Positions 12,201 to 24,574 of a DNA stretch of 64,000 nt are shown here, in pieces. Both the position numbers and the translations under genes were made by a program. Location of the stretch: contig NC_135810.1 in the NCBI RefSeq assembly GCF_964213995.1, forward strand, positions 64,046,001 to 64,110,000. The letters are read 5' to 3'. The stretch comes from Mustelus asterias (lineage: Eukaryota). A model generated the notes under the pieces. That model saw only the letters and a list, made by a program, of their open reading frames with translations, had not been told where the DNA came from and made no database searches. Numbering within the stretch: position 1 is the first letter of the stretch; the number at the start of each line of letters is the position of its first letter.

Positions 12201-12866
12201 AAGTCTGAGGTCACGTTCCAACCGACTCAAGAACAGCTTCTTCCCTGCTGCTGTCAGACTTTTGAATGGACTTATCTTGCATTAAGTTGATCTTTCTCTA
12301 CACCCTAGCTGTGACTGTAACACTACATTCTGCACTCTCTCGTTTCCTTCTCTATGAACGGGGCTTGTTTTGTCTGTATAGTGCGCAAGAAACTATACTT
12401 TTCACTGTATGTTAATACATGTGACAATAATAAATCAAATCAAAAAGATCAGGGCTGGCCGTGGGGGGAGAAGATCGGGTCTGACTATGGGAGGGGGAGA
12501 GATCGGGGCTGCAGCTGGGGCGGGGGGGAGGTTGGGACTGGCCATGGTGGGCTGGCAATTGGGGTTGGCCTGGCAATTGGGGTTGGCCTGGGGGTGGCGG
12601 GGGGGGGGGGGGGGGGGGGGGGTCAGTGTGCATGCACTGATCTCCCCACTGCCAGAGCAGCCGCATGCGCAGTGGTCTGCTCGGTGCGATGATGCCGGCC
12701 TCTCGAGCTGGATTAGGCCCCACCCCCCCTTACCGGCGTGAATCCCCCCGAGGCTCTCTGAAGCACAGAGTGCCGGAGATTCAGCAAACTGTACATCCAA
12801 AAAACAGGAAAATGTCCCGTTTTCCCACCTGTTGGGTGCTCAGATTTTTTTGGGAGAATCGCCCCC
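9218..12866. mobile_element. GC-rich non-autonomous Harbinger-like DNA transposon, split by a Rex1 LINE
   Basis: TIRs GGGGGCAATTTTC / GAGAATCGCCCCC with 3-bp TSD AAT (9215-9217, 12867-12869). Internal tandem unit GGGAGAAGATCGGGGCTGGCCATGGG. Right end is homologous to the reverse complement of 33121 onward. Confidence 0.75.
9572..12444 (+). mobile_element. Rex1/Babar-clade LINE, near full ORF (APE endonuclease + RT), frameshifted
   Basis: [85 protein letters not shown]; 3' (AAATC)n tail; candidate TSD AAGAT (9567-9571 / 12445-12449). Confidence 0.9.
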
Positions 12867-13637
12867 AATGTTTTTGCACATCTGCTGCATTTTTAGTTAG
12901 ATCACATAACTTGTGTTGTCTTGTAGCTGGATGAGGTTTCTCTTACACTGAGTGATTTGAACATAGTTATAAGAAAAACTTAATACAGACTACTTATTTA
13001 CAACTCTTTACATCTACAGCTTCATAGTAAGTACATTATTAACAGGACTCTGTTCTTGTCTCGCTGGCTTGGAGTCTCTTGGTTACCTGAGCTGATTTCA
13101 TGTTTACATCGATATTGACATCATTGTCCAATTAACACAATCATTAACCTTTATTCCACTCTAAAGAAAGGATAGAAGGGTAGTTCTCAACGGCCGCTCC
13201 TCCCCCACTCTCCACAACCTCCTGATTGCCGGATCTCGCAATCAAGCACTGAGTGTCTCCTGAATGAGGAGCCACTAGCCACCACACCACCCCCGGCCAT
13301 CACAAGAAACCTGCAAGCAACCCTGCACAGGTTTGTGCTCCCTGCATGGCAGGTCTCCTGCCCACCACTAGGTTGTACTAACAGTGGTGGGATGAAGTCC
13401 ACTGTGGGCACTAATTGCCCATGTGAGGACAGCAATTGGTGGCAGGACAGGAAGGCCTGCCAGCCATAGACCTAACTGGATGGAGGTGGGTTTGTGGTGG
13501 GGTCCCGTCTGCCACCTGATTAAATCCCCCCTCAAACATCAAACATAGCAAAGAAGGGCATTAAATTCCAGCCGGTGAACTTTGTCCAGGGAGATCTTGA
13601 CCAAAGATGTGCAAACTTTGTCCAAAGGGAGATTTTG

Positions 13638-13828
13638 TCCAAAGATGTGCGGGTTAGGTTGATTGGCCAGGTTAAAAAATTGCCCCTTAGAGTCCTGGGA
13701 TGTGTAGGTTAGAGGGATTAGTGGGTAAAATATGTGGGGGTAGGGCCTGGGTGGGATCGTGGTCGGTGCAGACTCGATGGGCCGAATGGCCTCCTTCTGC
13801 ACTGTAGGGTTTCTATGATTTCTATGAT
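13638..13828 (+). mobile_element. 5'-truncated HE1-like SINE (3' half)
   Basis: TCCAAAGATGTGCGGGTTAGGTTGATTGGCC...GGGCCGAATGGCCTCCTTCTGCACTGTAGGGTTTCTATGA. Confidence 0.85.
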
Positions 13829-14140
13829 CTATGGCTGAAACTAACTCTAACATGAAACATATCCACTTGTTTCTGTAAATTGCCCTCAAGCCTCTTCTAA
13901 TGAATCGTACCACACCACAGATACATGAGAGCTGGCAGAATTTTTGCCCTTTGGCTTTCTTGACATGGACAGACAAGGTGTGAATTCACTTTTGAACTCA
14001 TTACAATTTGAGCAAGCTCAGTTGTACAAAAGATTAGAGAATGTTTGCTATTTTACTGATGGAACAAAGCTTTTTTATTGTCCTTTTGAATGTGAGTAAA
14101 TCTTGTAGTAATAAGGTCTTTTGTTTACTCCTGATTTTAG

Positions 14141-14238
14141 TAATCCATGTTGCAGCTCATGTGATCAACACCCTAAACTTCTCTCTGCGTTACAGTGAAG
14201 ACTTTCCCGCTCTCAATGTTGCCCACTATCGGGATGAG
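14141..14238 (+). CDS. NOX4: NOX4 internal exon (exon 5 equivalent), 98 nt
   Basis: ctgattttag|TA...GAG|gtcagt. (V)IHVAAHVINTLNFSLRYSEDFPALNVAHYRDE vs human VHVAAHLVNALNFSVNYSEDFVELNAARYRDE. Phase 1 start fits the previous exon; heme His119 equivalent. Confidence 0.96.
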
Positions 14239-14569
14239 GTCAGTTCAGTTCCACGCTGTGTTTATTATGCTTTGTCCACACAGAAGGGTTGTTTTAAAGC
14301 CAGCTGTTAATCTCATCATGGTGATGAGCTGAAAGCAATGATTAATTGCTCACTTTATTGTGGGAGGACATTATTATCACTGAATAGTTTAATGACCTTG
14401 TTGTGGGAAATAATTTGTCCGGTGCAATGGGGGTAGCTTAATTCAAAATATTTGAACAGTATACCACTTTTATTGAAATGCTCATTCTATTTTGCAAGCA
14501 AATCCTCGGAGTTAAAATAAAACACAGGGCTGCGTTTCTTCCTTGCTGTAGTTGCAGTGGACAGAATGT

Positions 14570-14772
14570 AAAGTAAAGTTTATTTATTTATCACAAATAG
14601 GCTTACATTAACACTGCAATAAAGTTACTGTGAAAATCCCCTAGTCGCCACACTCCGGCACTTGTTCGGTTACACTGAGGGAGAATGTAGCATGGCCAAT
14701 TCACCTAACCTGCACATCTTTGGACTGTGGGAGGAAACTGGAGCACCCGGAGGAAACCCACGCAGACACGAG
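14570..14772 (-). mobile_element. V-SINE fragment with alternative (non-CR1) tail
   Basis: V-domain reverse complement at 14690-14770 joined to the tail also seen at 49545-49652. Confidence 0.8.
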
Positions 14773-16319
14773 GAAGACAGGAACTTTAGTGAGGAGGGTT
14801 TTGCTGAAACTGAGGTCTTAATACTTGTCGGTATTGGGTCTATTATAAAGCAAAGGAGGACATTCCTGTTCCTCCTCACAATCACTGGAGTTTTACTGCT
14901 GCTGTCTGTCTGACGGTCGACTGGCTGGCTACCCTGTCAAGGGAGGACTGGGGGGGGGGGGGGGGGGGGGATTAAATTTATTCCACGTTTCTGTGGTTAT
15001 TGTTGCTGTTTAAGGTGCAATCATGGAGAAAGATCTAATCCATCGTCTTGTGGCCTCAAGAAAGAAAGAGAAAGGTTTATGAAAACATTTCTTAAGAAAA
15101 ATTATTAGGTGTTGCCCTTTTGCGACACAATATTTTACATGCTGAATATTGAGATTGTGGTGTCTGATGGTAATGACAAATGCTACCTTCAGTATGAGCT
15201 GAGGCAGTCCTGTTTTAGCTGTCCATTTAACAGACTCCTTTAAGAGTCAGACACCAAGAGTGCAATCTGTTTAAACTACTTGGATATTTTGTAATCACCA
15301 TCAGTGCTCCGTGATGATTAAAAAACTGAAATTGTGCTTTTAATACGTGAGATTTCAAGATTTTTATAGTGTTTTGGGGATTCAGTTTGTGACTGGGTAC
15401 ATTTTTATATATAAATATGGCAGCTGTGTTATGGTAACTGGGAAAAGTCAACAACAGTTTTATTGCATGAGAATCCAAACCGTATGTTGGTGTTTTGGGA
15501 ATTACATTCCACTGTGTTATCCATTATTTTTTTTTTAATATAAATCTTTTGTTTTGATTAAGACTTCTCTGCAGATATATTTGCTAAATATTCAAAAAAG
15601 GGCATGCTGTGTCCTAAAGAAGGACAGATGTACAAATTCAATAATAAAACATTGTCAGACTTGCTATTTTTCATGGTGAAGATTTTTGAGGCATAAGATT
15701 CGCCCAGTCAAATTTGCAGTTTTGCTGATTCACTGTCAGTGCTCACATTTTGGCTGCCTTTGCCAAAACCCCATATATTCAGCACACAGAGGGGGTGAAC
15801 TTCAGCCACTCTCTGTATTCAGCTACTTGTTTCCAACATAAGTCATTCCTCCTATTTCTCCCTTTATTTTTCTGCCACTTACCTCCTCTCCTAAATGTAC
15901 GGAGTTGTGCTGGCATACTTTATCATCACCAAGCTTTCTAGCAATAAGGCGTCAGGTGAGGTTAAGAGCACATTTCATCTATTTCATCTAATTCTGGTTT
16001 ACTTTTGTGTAACAATTTTTTAAATGTGAATGAGTAAGAGTCTATTAATTTAGATACTGCATCATCTATTTCTTTTTGGAAACCAATATTGGATTTTGGA
16101 GGTGCCTCAAATTAGTTGACATTGTCCTTCCCTTGCCTTTGATAAGAATTTGGACACTGCATTATCTCAGATTTTGTCAACTATTTGATGGATCTTGTTT
16201 GTATTATTTTTTCTTCAAATGGAGTTGACGAGAATTGAAAACTCAAGCCCTAGCATCGCTGTAACTGAATTATGTTACTCATGCTGTCTACAAAATCCAT
16301 TCGAACCAGAAGCCAAATC

Positions 16320-17436
16320 TTTGATTTGATTTATTATTGTCACATGTATTAGTAAGCAGTTCTTGAGTCAGTTGGTATGTGTGCTCAGTCATTTTTATCT
16401 TTTTCCTGACAGAAGAAGGTGGAAGACAGTATGACCGGGGTGCGTGGGGTCCTTAATTATGCTGGCTGCTTTTCCGAGGCAACGGAAAGTGTAGATGGAG
16501 TCAGTGGGTGGGAGGCTGATTTGAATGGTGGACTGGGCTTCGTTCACGACTCTTTGTAGTTTCTTGCGGTCTTGGACAGAGCAGGAGCCATACTAAGCTG
16601 TGATACAACTGGAAAAAATGCTTTCTATGGTGCACCTGTAAAAGTTGTTGAGAGTCGTATGTACATGCTGAATTTCCTTAGTGTGAGAAAGTAGAGGTAT
16701 TGGGCTTTCTTAACTATAGCGTCGGCATGGAAGGACCAGGACAGGTTGTTGGAGATCTGGACACCTAAAAACTTGACGCTCTCGACCATTTCTACTTCGT
16801 CCCCATTGATGTAGACAGGGGCATGTTCTCCTCTATGCCTCCTGAAGTCAATGACTATTTCCTTCATTTTGTTGACATTCAGGGAGAGATTCTTGTCGTT
16901 GCATCAGTTCACCAGATTCTCTCTTTCCTGTACTGTGCCTCATCATTGTTTGAAATCCGACCTACTATGGTGGTGTCATCAGCAAACTTGAAAATCGAGT
17001 TGGAGGGGAATTTGGCCACACGGTCATAGGTGTATAAGGAGTATAGTAGGAGGCCGAGGACACAGCCTTGTGGGGCACCGGTGTTGAGGATGATCGTGAA
17101 GGAGGTATTATTGCCTATCCTTACTGATTGTGGTCTGAGTGCTAGGAAGTTCAGGATCCAGTTGCAGAGGGAGGAGCCAAGCACTTGGCCACAGCGTTTG
17201 GAAGTGAGTCTCATAGAAATGATGGTGTTGAAGGCTGAGTTATAGTCAATAAATTGTAGTCTGACATAGGTGTCTTTGTCATCTAAGTGTTCCAGATTGA
17301 GTGCAGGGCCAGGGAGATGGTGTCTACTGTCGACCTGTTGCGACGGTAGGCGAACTGTAGTGGATCCAGGCAATCCGGGAGGCTGGAATTGATTTGTGCC
17401 ATGACTAACCTTTCGAAGCACTTCATAATGATGGAT
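16320..17436 (-). mobile_element. Rex1/Babar LINE, 5'-truncated RT region
   Basis: ORFs 16909-17439 and 16625-16867: YVRLQFIDYNSAFNTI, GAPQGCVL, FKFADDTTIVG, KEIVIDFRR. Same family as 9572-12444, with part of the 3' UTR deleted. Confidence 0.9.
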
Positions 17437-17950
17437 CAAAGGATAATGAGGAAAAAGATCTTGGGGGTTCTATTATTCAGCAGCCAGTATAAGCATAAAA
17501 CATAAGGATGTTTAACAAAGTTTTAATCTTTAACCCTTGATGCTTGAGTAGTTTGATTGAAGAGAAAATAATTGGAGGAAAATTTAGCTCTGTTTCATTC
17601 AGTTTTTTGACTTGCCAGTTGTGAAGCATAGGAAATTAATCCAATTGCTTCACAAAGAAATGTTGTTTATATGATTACCTCATTTCTTCTGTAGAATAAA
17701 GCACATTACTGCTGCCAAAATAGACGTGAATGTTACTGTCAATATCATAGCCTTTTGGATGTACCTACCAAACCAGCAATAGAGTTATTGAAGCATGTCC
17801 TTGCATATTCTGAGATATGCTCAGTTTTACGATAAATGTGGATTTCCTCCTCCGAAGACCAAGTGACCTGAAGAAGGGGAAATGTAGAATGAGACAGTTT
17901 AATTCTCAGAGTAGTGATTTTTAAAGCTCTGACCCTTTTTCCCTCCCCAG

Positions 17951-17978
17951 GATCCCAGGAAGATTCTCTTCACAACGC
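17951..17978 (+). CDS. NOX4: NOX4 micro-exon (exon 6 equivalent), 28 nt
   Basis: Long pyrimidine tract ccctttttccctccccag|GAT...ACGC|gtgagt. DPRKILFTT vs human DPRKLLFTT. Confidence 0.94.
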
Positions 17979-18555
17979 GTGAGTATATACTTTATTGTAT
18001 AATTTCTCGCTTAGGGTAAAGTAATGATATTCTTGTAATGGGGAGTAGTTAGCGCTGAGATCCAATTTTGTTGGGAACTAGTGTCTTCCCTGAAGGAGAA
18101 AAAGAAGCAAAGCTGGTCATATTGAGCAGAGCACTTGGCACTAAATTACAGTTTGTGTTCTCCATAGTGGTTTGTCTTGAGATTAAGTTAGTTGTGAGTA
18201 AGTCGTGCCAAACATCTGCTTTAATGCTATAGTTACAAAAGTGCACCAAGGTTCATGCAGTCTATTTACATTAGTTTATGCCGTATCGGTATTCAAGCAA
18301 AGATTTTTAAAACATTTTTTTCCTTAGCCTTTGAGGGTGGTTTGAATGCTTTCCACCTTTCTTTTGAATAATTTCTATGCCTTCTCTAGACAAGACTATT
18401 TGTGAGGAGATTTATGGCCCTGTTACAAGAGCTCCTATAATTGGGTTCCTTCAGAGTTGTCACACTGTCATTTCCGTTTCTTTAAACTGTTTAATTTCAT
18501 GATGTTAGGAACTGCTAATCTGCAGCATTTCTGTTGTCCAAAATTTGTTCTTTAG

Positions 18556-18628
18556 TTCCAGGAGTAACTGGGTTCTTCATGGTGTTGGTGCTTTTCTTAA
18601 TGTGCACATCGTCATCTTACTCTTTAAG
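18556..18628 (+). CDS. NOX4: NOX4 internal exon (exon 7 equivalent), 73 nt
   Basis: ttctttag|TT...TAAG|gtaaga. (L)PGVTGFFMVLVLFLMCTSSSYSL(R) vs human VPGLTGVCMVVVLFLMITASTYAIR; transmembrane helix. Confidence 0.95.
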
Positions 18629-18721
18629 GTAAGATTGTGTACTGGCGACATTATCTCTATGATCCGCTGAGAATGAATGAATTCATTATTAATTTGTGCT
18701 GTTGTCCTATTTGCGTTGCAG

Positions 18722-18802
18722 GTTTTCAAACTTTGATATCTTTTGGTACACGCACAACCTCTTTATAGTCTTCTACATTTTACTTCTGCTTCATGTGACT
18801 GG
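18722..18802 (+). CDS. NOX4: NOX4 internal exon (exon 8 equivalent), 81 nt
   Basis: gttgcag|G...TGG|gtaagt. FSNFDIFWYTHNLFIVFYILLLLHVT(G) vs human VSNYDIFWYTHNLFFVFYMLLTLHVSG; heme His194 and His207 equivalents. Confidence 0.96.
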
Positions 18803-18984
18803 GTAAGTATGTAGAAGGAACCTTGTTTAGCAACCAAAGCCATGTTGAGTCAAACTCCATAATGTTGGCCATACTTCATGAGAATTCTGATGAGTTAAGA
18901 CTGTAGGTGTTGTAATGCCCTTCTTGAAACGGCAAGATCAAACAAATCTGAATGCCGTCAATCTTACCGATGCAAAGGACTACA

Positions 18985-19734
18985 GGAAATCTGAAATAGA
19001 ACAACATTCTGGAAATATTCAGGTCTGGCAGCTTCTGTGGCGAGAGAAACAGAGTTCATGGGTTAAGTTTATGTTTTTTGAGATTGGAAAGTCAGTGGTC
19101 TGCTTGCCCCCGCTGCCTCAGTTCCTTCGATCAAATGTTGGATTGCCAATTAATGGCTGTTTGGCAAGGAAGTGGCCAGTAAGCAGTGTGAAGGTGGGCT
19201 CCGCATCAAACCAGGAATCTAGGCGGGGATAGCATGTGGCTGAGGGGTGCTTGCTGTTATCAGGCAATCGGTCACGGCCAGATGATTTAAAGCTCTCTCA
19301 GCCTTCATTTTTTTCATTTGGAAGGTTCCAAAATCTTTTAAAAATTAGTTAAAACATGCAGATACTGCCACTTTCACTGCTACATTCAGCCATAGTTCCA
19401 CTGGCAGGACTTCTGTCCATTTGCCACCTTACTATAGCTGCCATGAAACATTGCCAGACTGTTCCATGGCCAATGCCTGCTGAGTTTCTCAGGCAATGAA
19501 AAATTGCAGAAGATTGAGTTATTACCAAGCTCAATATCTTGTTAATTAGTAATTTCAAAATGGAAGGAGGGTAGCTAATTTCCACATCGATTCACCTACC
19601 ATACAGAAACTGGCCTGATGACATTATATTTTCAACCTGACATCATCACATCCTATTTATCTATACATGACCTTCTCATTTGAGGCCTTTAAATCTAGCC
19701 TAACGTTTCAGGTCTGTGACATTTCATCAGAACT
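18985..19734 (-). mobile_element. Penelope-like terminal fragment with hammerhead core, split by a MITE-like insert (19059-19700)
   Basis: Left piece CAGGTCTGGCAGCTTCTGTGGCGAGAGAAACAGAGT continues after the insert as TAACGTTTCAGGTCTGTGACATTTCATCAGAACT. A similar left piece occurs at 53840-53900. Confidence 0.6.
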
Positions 19735-19774
19735 CAGTGAGGTTACAAAAGGTGCAAAATAAATGCAATTTAGT

Positions 19775-20140
19775 GGAGGTGATGGCAATGCGGTATTATC
19801 GCTGGACTAGTAATCTAGCAACCAATGTTAGAATCCCACCTTGGCAGATGGTGAAATTTGAATTCAATAAAAATTTGGAATTAAAAGTCTAACAGTGAGC
19901 ATGAAACCATTGTCGATTGTTGTAAAATCCCATCTTATTCTCTCGTGTCCTTTGGGGAAGGAAATCTGCCATCCTAACCTGGTCTGGCCTACATGTGACT
20001 CCAGACCTACAGCAATGTGGTTGACTCTGAAATGCTCTCTAAAATGACCTGACAAGCCATTCAGTTCTAGAGCAATTAAGGATGGGCAATAAATGCTGGC
20101 CTAGACAGAAATGCCCACATTCTATGAATGAGTAATAAAA
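19775..20140 (+). mobile_element. tRNA-derived SINE with L2-type tail (second copy)
   Basis: Colinear with 2026-2394 (GAATTCAATAAAAA, GGAAGGAAATCTGCCATC, GGATGGGCAATAAATGCTGGC). Confidence 0.75.
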
Positions 20141-21769
20141 CAAAAACATTCTTTCTGGTGCTGATGTGGCCTAATTATTCAACTGGAGTTCTAAATTTGC
20201 AAACTTGTGTTTGATTCTCAATCAAGACTAGTATAACTATTTGGGCTTTCCAAAGGGCTGGAGAAATGTTGAACTTCTCAGTCTGGACTATACCGGTGAT
20301 TATGCAGAGATCCCTTCATAATAGCTCAGGTTCAATTTTGGTAGGAGGTCAACGAATGCCTTGATATAGGTAGTAACATACATTGATGGAAGTTCAGTCT
20401 GGATCGTGGCATTGTTACCTATTAAGCAGGAATTCTTAAAATTCAGCTTCGCATCTCATGAAAGACAAGTGAGTTTCTAACATTCATAATTGAGTATTAT
20501 CAGAGACCTTGTACAAAAGGCAGATGCTATGAGAACATATGCTTTAAAGAGAAGATTTTAAAAAAAACTTCCAAGAATTACTATTTCTTAAGTGTTTAAG
20601 AATTACTTTTGTGAAAATATAGAAACAAGCAAAATTAGTTAGGATTGATATTGGAACACCTTACAAACATTTATTGACCGATTTTGAAAACTTACAATGT
20701 TCACATCATCTGACAATCCTCAACAATGAAATAATTATCAATAAAAGTGAATTATAAGGTGTAATCAAAAGGGAGGAGCTTAAACAAGGATGCAGTCCCC
20801 ATAGTCACTGAGATGGTGGAATTTAATTCAATGTGGTATAAAGTCTGGATCTTCACATACACACATACCTCCCCCCTCCCACACCACCACTAACCCTAAC
20901 CCTGGGGTGGGTGGGGGGTTCACCTTTGGTGGGACCAGAAGATCCTGCTGGCAGGAAGAAACTTTGTGTACAGAAAATCAGAAGTATTTCAGGAGTGCTC
21001 AGGGCAACCTTAAACCAATGCTTATCCAGCTGTCAGAGTTGGATACTTTAAATAAACAGTTTTGTGTCCTGCTATACAGCCAGACAGTTAAATTTACTCA
21101 AGAGGTTTAGATAATATTTTGCTTTAAATATTTGACAAATTTCCTCAGAGATTTTAGTCTGCAGCATCTTTTAAGTCTTTTTACTGAATTCTATATTAGA
21201 GCTAAAACTATATTTTCCATCTTTCTATAGTCTTTAACATTGCAATGTACTTATCCATTTTTAAAGTGGATGTTAAATGGTTCTTTAATAAATGTGAAAA
21301 TAAGTTAAAATATAATGACTCATGTAGTTTTCAGTAAGCAAATTAAGAACCCCCTCTTTGTGTATTCTCTTAAAGTGGGCGATTCAACTTTTGAAAAGAG
21401 ACCCCCAGACCCTTATAATACCTGGGTAATTATTTAAAAGACTTTAATTATCTGGAAGAAGGTGATGTTTCTTGATGATGATTTTCCTGGGTTGGGAAAG
21501 AGCGGTTCACTTGCTCAGATCCAAAGCTAGTGTCTGTGGGGAGTGGCTATTTTGAACTGGAGTAAGGCTAATTAGTGGGGGAGTGCGCCTGACCTAGGAT
21601 AGCCCACAAAACAGGCTAGGGCTCTATTTCACATCATAGGCACATGTAAAAGTTTTTAAAACCTGAAACGTGATTGCAACCTGCCTCCAATCCATTTACT
21701 TCCAGATGTAAGGGAGGTAGGACAAGGGGTGAGCAGCCAAGCCAGGATGCAAGTTAGCAATTTAGATTT

Positions 21770-21914
21770 TAAAAGGGGCAGCTCCCAAAAAGGAGGGGAA
21801 CCGCCCAAAACAAAGACGAAGTGGAAAGGAAACTTAAAACATCAAATTAAAATGTGATTAAAGGGGTCAATAATACACCCCAGTCCCTGCGGTGCCCAGC
21901 GGGCATGGAAGGCG
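21770..21914 (-). mobile_element. Tx1-like LINE extreme 3' fragment
   Basis: Reverse complement matches 24834-24958 (GCCTTCC...CAGGG.CTGGGGTG.ATTAT...ATGTTTTAAGTTTCCTTTC...GCTGCCCCTTTTAA). Confidence 0.7.
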
Positions 21915-22261
21915 TTATGAGGATACCTAGAATTAACACTCAATCCAACTCCCCAACGACTCAAATTGTTTGCAGTGGCTCAAGGGCCTATAGGATCAGT
22001 GATAAAAGCGGACGTTGTCGGGGACACCCGCATTCCAATTAAAACACCCAAACTGTTAGGAATTGGTTAACAGACCTTCCAATTAAGTCCTAGTTTGATA
22101 TCAATTATTCAATAGAAGTCACTGATATATAAAGGGGTTACAGGTGGCACTGGGTGTTGAAGGAGAATTGTATGTGGAGCTGGATTAAAGAAATAAGGGT
22201 AGTTTATGAAGAAGCTGAACTCTTATCTCCTTTACTGAACTGCAACCTAGAGGCTCAAACA
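21914..22261 (+). mobile_element. Possible short solo LTR
   Basis: About 350 bp, starting GTTATG and ending AAACA, with TATA box GATATATAAAGG (about 22123) followed by ATTAAA (about 22184). No TSD resolved. Confidence 0.35.
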
Positions 22262-24574
22262 AGCTGTTGCTTTGTTTCTGATTTAAAGGAAAGTGTTTTA
22301 ACAATGCAATGGCCCAGATTTTGCTATCAAAATAAATGTAAGGCTGATAGCATTTGCTGTTATTTAAGTATTAATAGTACAGCACCTTCAGGTGAGGACA
22401 GATATGTGGTTAAATGCTAATACACATTGGTTGCTTTCTAAGTTGCATCGCATGCTGTTAGCTTTTTGAAGATGACATCACACTCTGCCTCGCCATTAAA
22501 GTACATTGAACTGTGTGAAGCCTTTGTGTGGTAGATATAAAATCAACCTGTCACAGAATGTTAAATTGTATTGTTACAAGCACAGGTACTCCTTTAATGA
22601 TGTGATATATGTTAATCAATCTCATTGCTAATTAACTATTAAAGGTGAGCACCATGAAATTCGACAGGGCCTGAAAACTGGGGAAGGGATTACAATGCAT
22701 GATTGATCTGTATTTGTGTGCAGATTTGGTTGTCTTATCTAAGGAATGATGTACTTACCTCAGAGGGAGTGGAATGAAGGTTCACTACACATGTTAATGG
22801 TTGTGGTTTCATTGAGCAGGAATTTGCAGCCCTCTCTAAGGGTGACATAATTTATCCCCTCGGTACTAAGGTACACAAGACAGGCCCTAAGGGAATGCAC
22901 CAGGGTAATTAGTTGATTATTGTATGGAATATTGGATGGTTTAATTGATAAAGTTTGTTTTGTGGTTGCTTTTGCTTTAGCATTTTGGTCAAGAAGACAC
23001 TGTGATGATTAGTATCAGAGAGAAACTAAGGTGCAGTGTTATTCTTGATGGATTATTAGGGCTCCATTCATTGGTATCAAAGTTGAATGATATGTTATGA
23101 GCAGAACCCATGAAGTGAGAACAAGGATTTCACAATGTCCCACACTATTCCCTGTGGACTTCAACTTTAGCAGTACAAACGTCCAAACATTTAAAACAGC
23201 CAGTATAATCTTTTTGGAGCTTAAGTGTCACCTGTATCATTGTAACTATGGGTGCTAGACAATCAAAATTTGCAGCCATGGAGTCTTATTATATTACATG
23301 ATAATCGTTGGAGATTGCAAATATGTTACATTTTCATAAACTGAAAATTTTACTGTCTTGTTTTCCTTTCGCTTATCCAATCTTGATTTCCCTCTCTCTA
23401 TTTATCTTTCTGTACTTTATTTGACATTGAATTCACACTAATTCTAATTTACACTGCAGCCCTAATTTTGCAAAGAAGAACTTGTTGCTCCAGATATTTT
23501 GACTCGAGGGCATGATTCTCTCCGACTGTGCAGATTCCCTGGGCAAAATTGTCAATTTTTTCCCGAAGTGCTGGAGGAGCTGAGAAAGCTGGTGTGTGGC
23601 TTGCCAGCTACACAGCTGGCTTATTCTCTCTCTCTCTCTTCCCTCCCCCTCCCATTTTTGCTTTATACGCCAAAGTGTTCTGGACTAAGCCGCCTTGTTT
23701 CATTACATCTCAGAAATGGAGATGGATTATGTGATCCGTGCACAGTGCTGTCAGTGCCAGTACAGATATGCTTTCATGTGTGAAGCTGTCAAAAGGAAAA
23801 TTCCGTTTGGTTGATGTTTGGAGTTGAGAAAAGTCCTTGCGTTCAATGTCTCGATATTCACAAAGTAGAAAGACATAGCTGGCTGTTCACAAGTATAATT
23901 CTTTAAATAATTCCACTAGCAATAGTTTAAAATCTGCAGGGTTGAATTTTATGGATGCAGTGATGACCAGTTCCATCAGCTGTAGAGCCAGTGGTATCCC
24001 TACCACAGCCATTTCCAGAACCCTGAAAGGATTAAAATCCCAATCAAGCAGTTAGCTGCCTGTTGTGGGAGTTTCAGGAGCGTTCGGGGTTCTGCTTCTG
24101 AGAACTGTCAGGCAATCAGAGGACAAGCAGATCTTCAGATATAGCAGCAGCAGCACACACACACACCCCCCCCCAATGTTAATGGCCACTGCTGGGACTT
24201 CATGAAGCCCAGATGTGGAGCAACCTTGGAGAGGTGGAGGTGAAGTAAGTGGGATAGCTTCTTCATGGCCAGTCAGACGGGGGCTGCAGGTTCATTGTGG
24301 AGGGTGGGAGGGGCTCTTAATGCAGGGGCACAGGGTACCTGAACAGGAGAGCTCCCTCCTCCCCCACTGCCCACCGAGCCTGCAGGCTGACTACCCATGT
24401 AGTCTGTCATCTTGATACCTCTACCTGGGTTTCGTTGGATCATATCAGGGAGTAGACTAAAGGTGAGGTGTCTGCGCTAAATGTGTAGTAATTTGGGAAA
24501 TTGGATAGGTCTCCTTATCAGCAAGTGATATTCCCCATCTGATTTTCCTTTATCTGCTAACATTCCAGAAAAAC

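Noticed and set aside
12594-12622. Long poly-G/C runs (also near 14950, 44455, 56306, 62817) as G-quadruplex elements
   Set aside because: Homopolymer lengths are error-prone in assemblies and most lie within GC-rich transposon interiors; no evidence of function.
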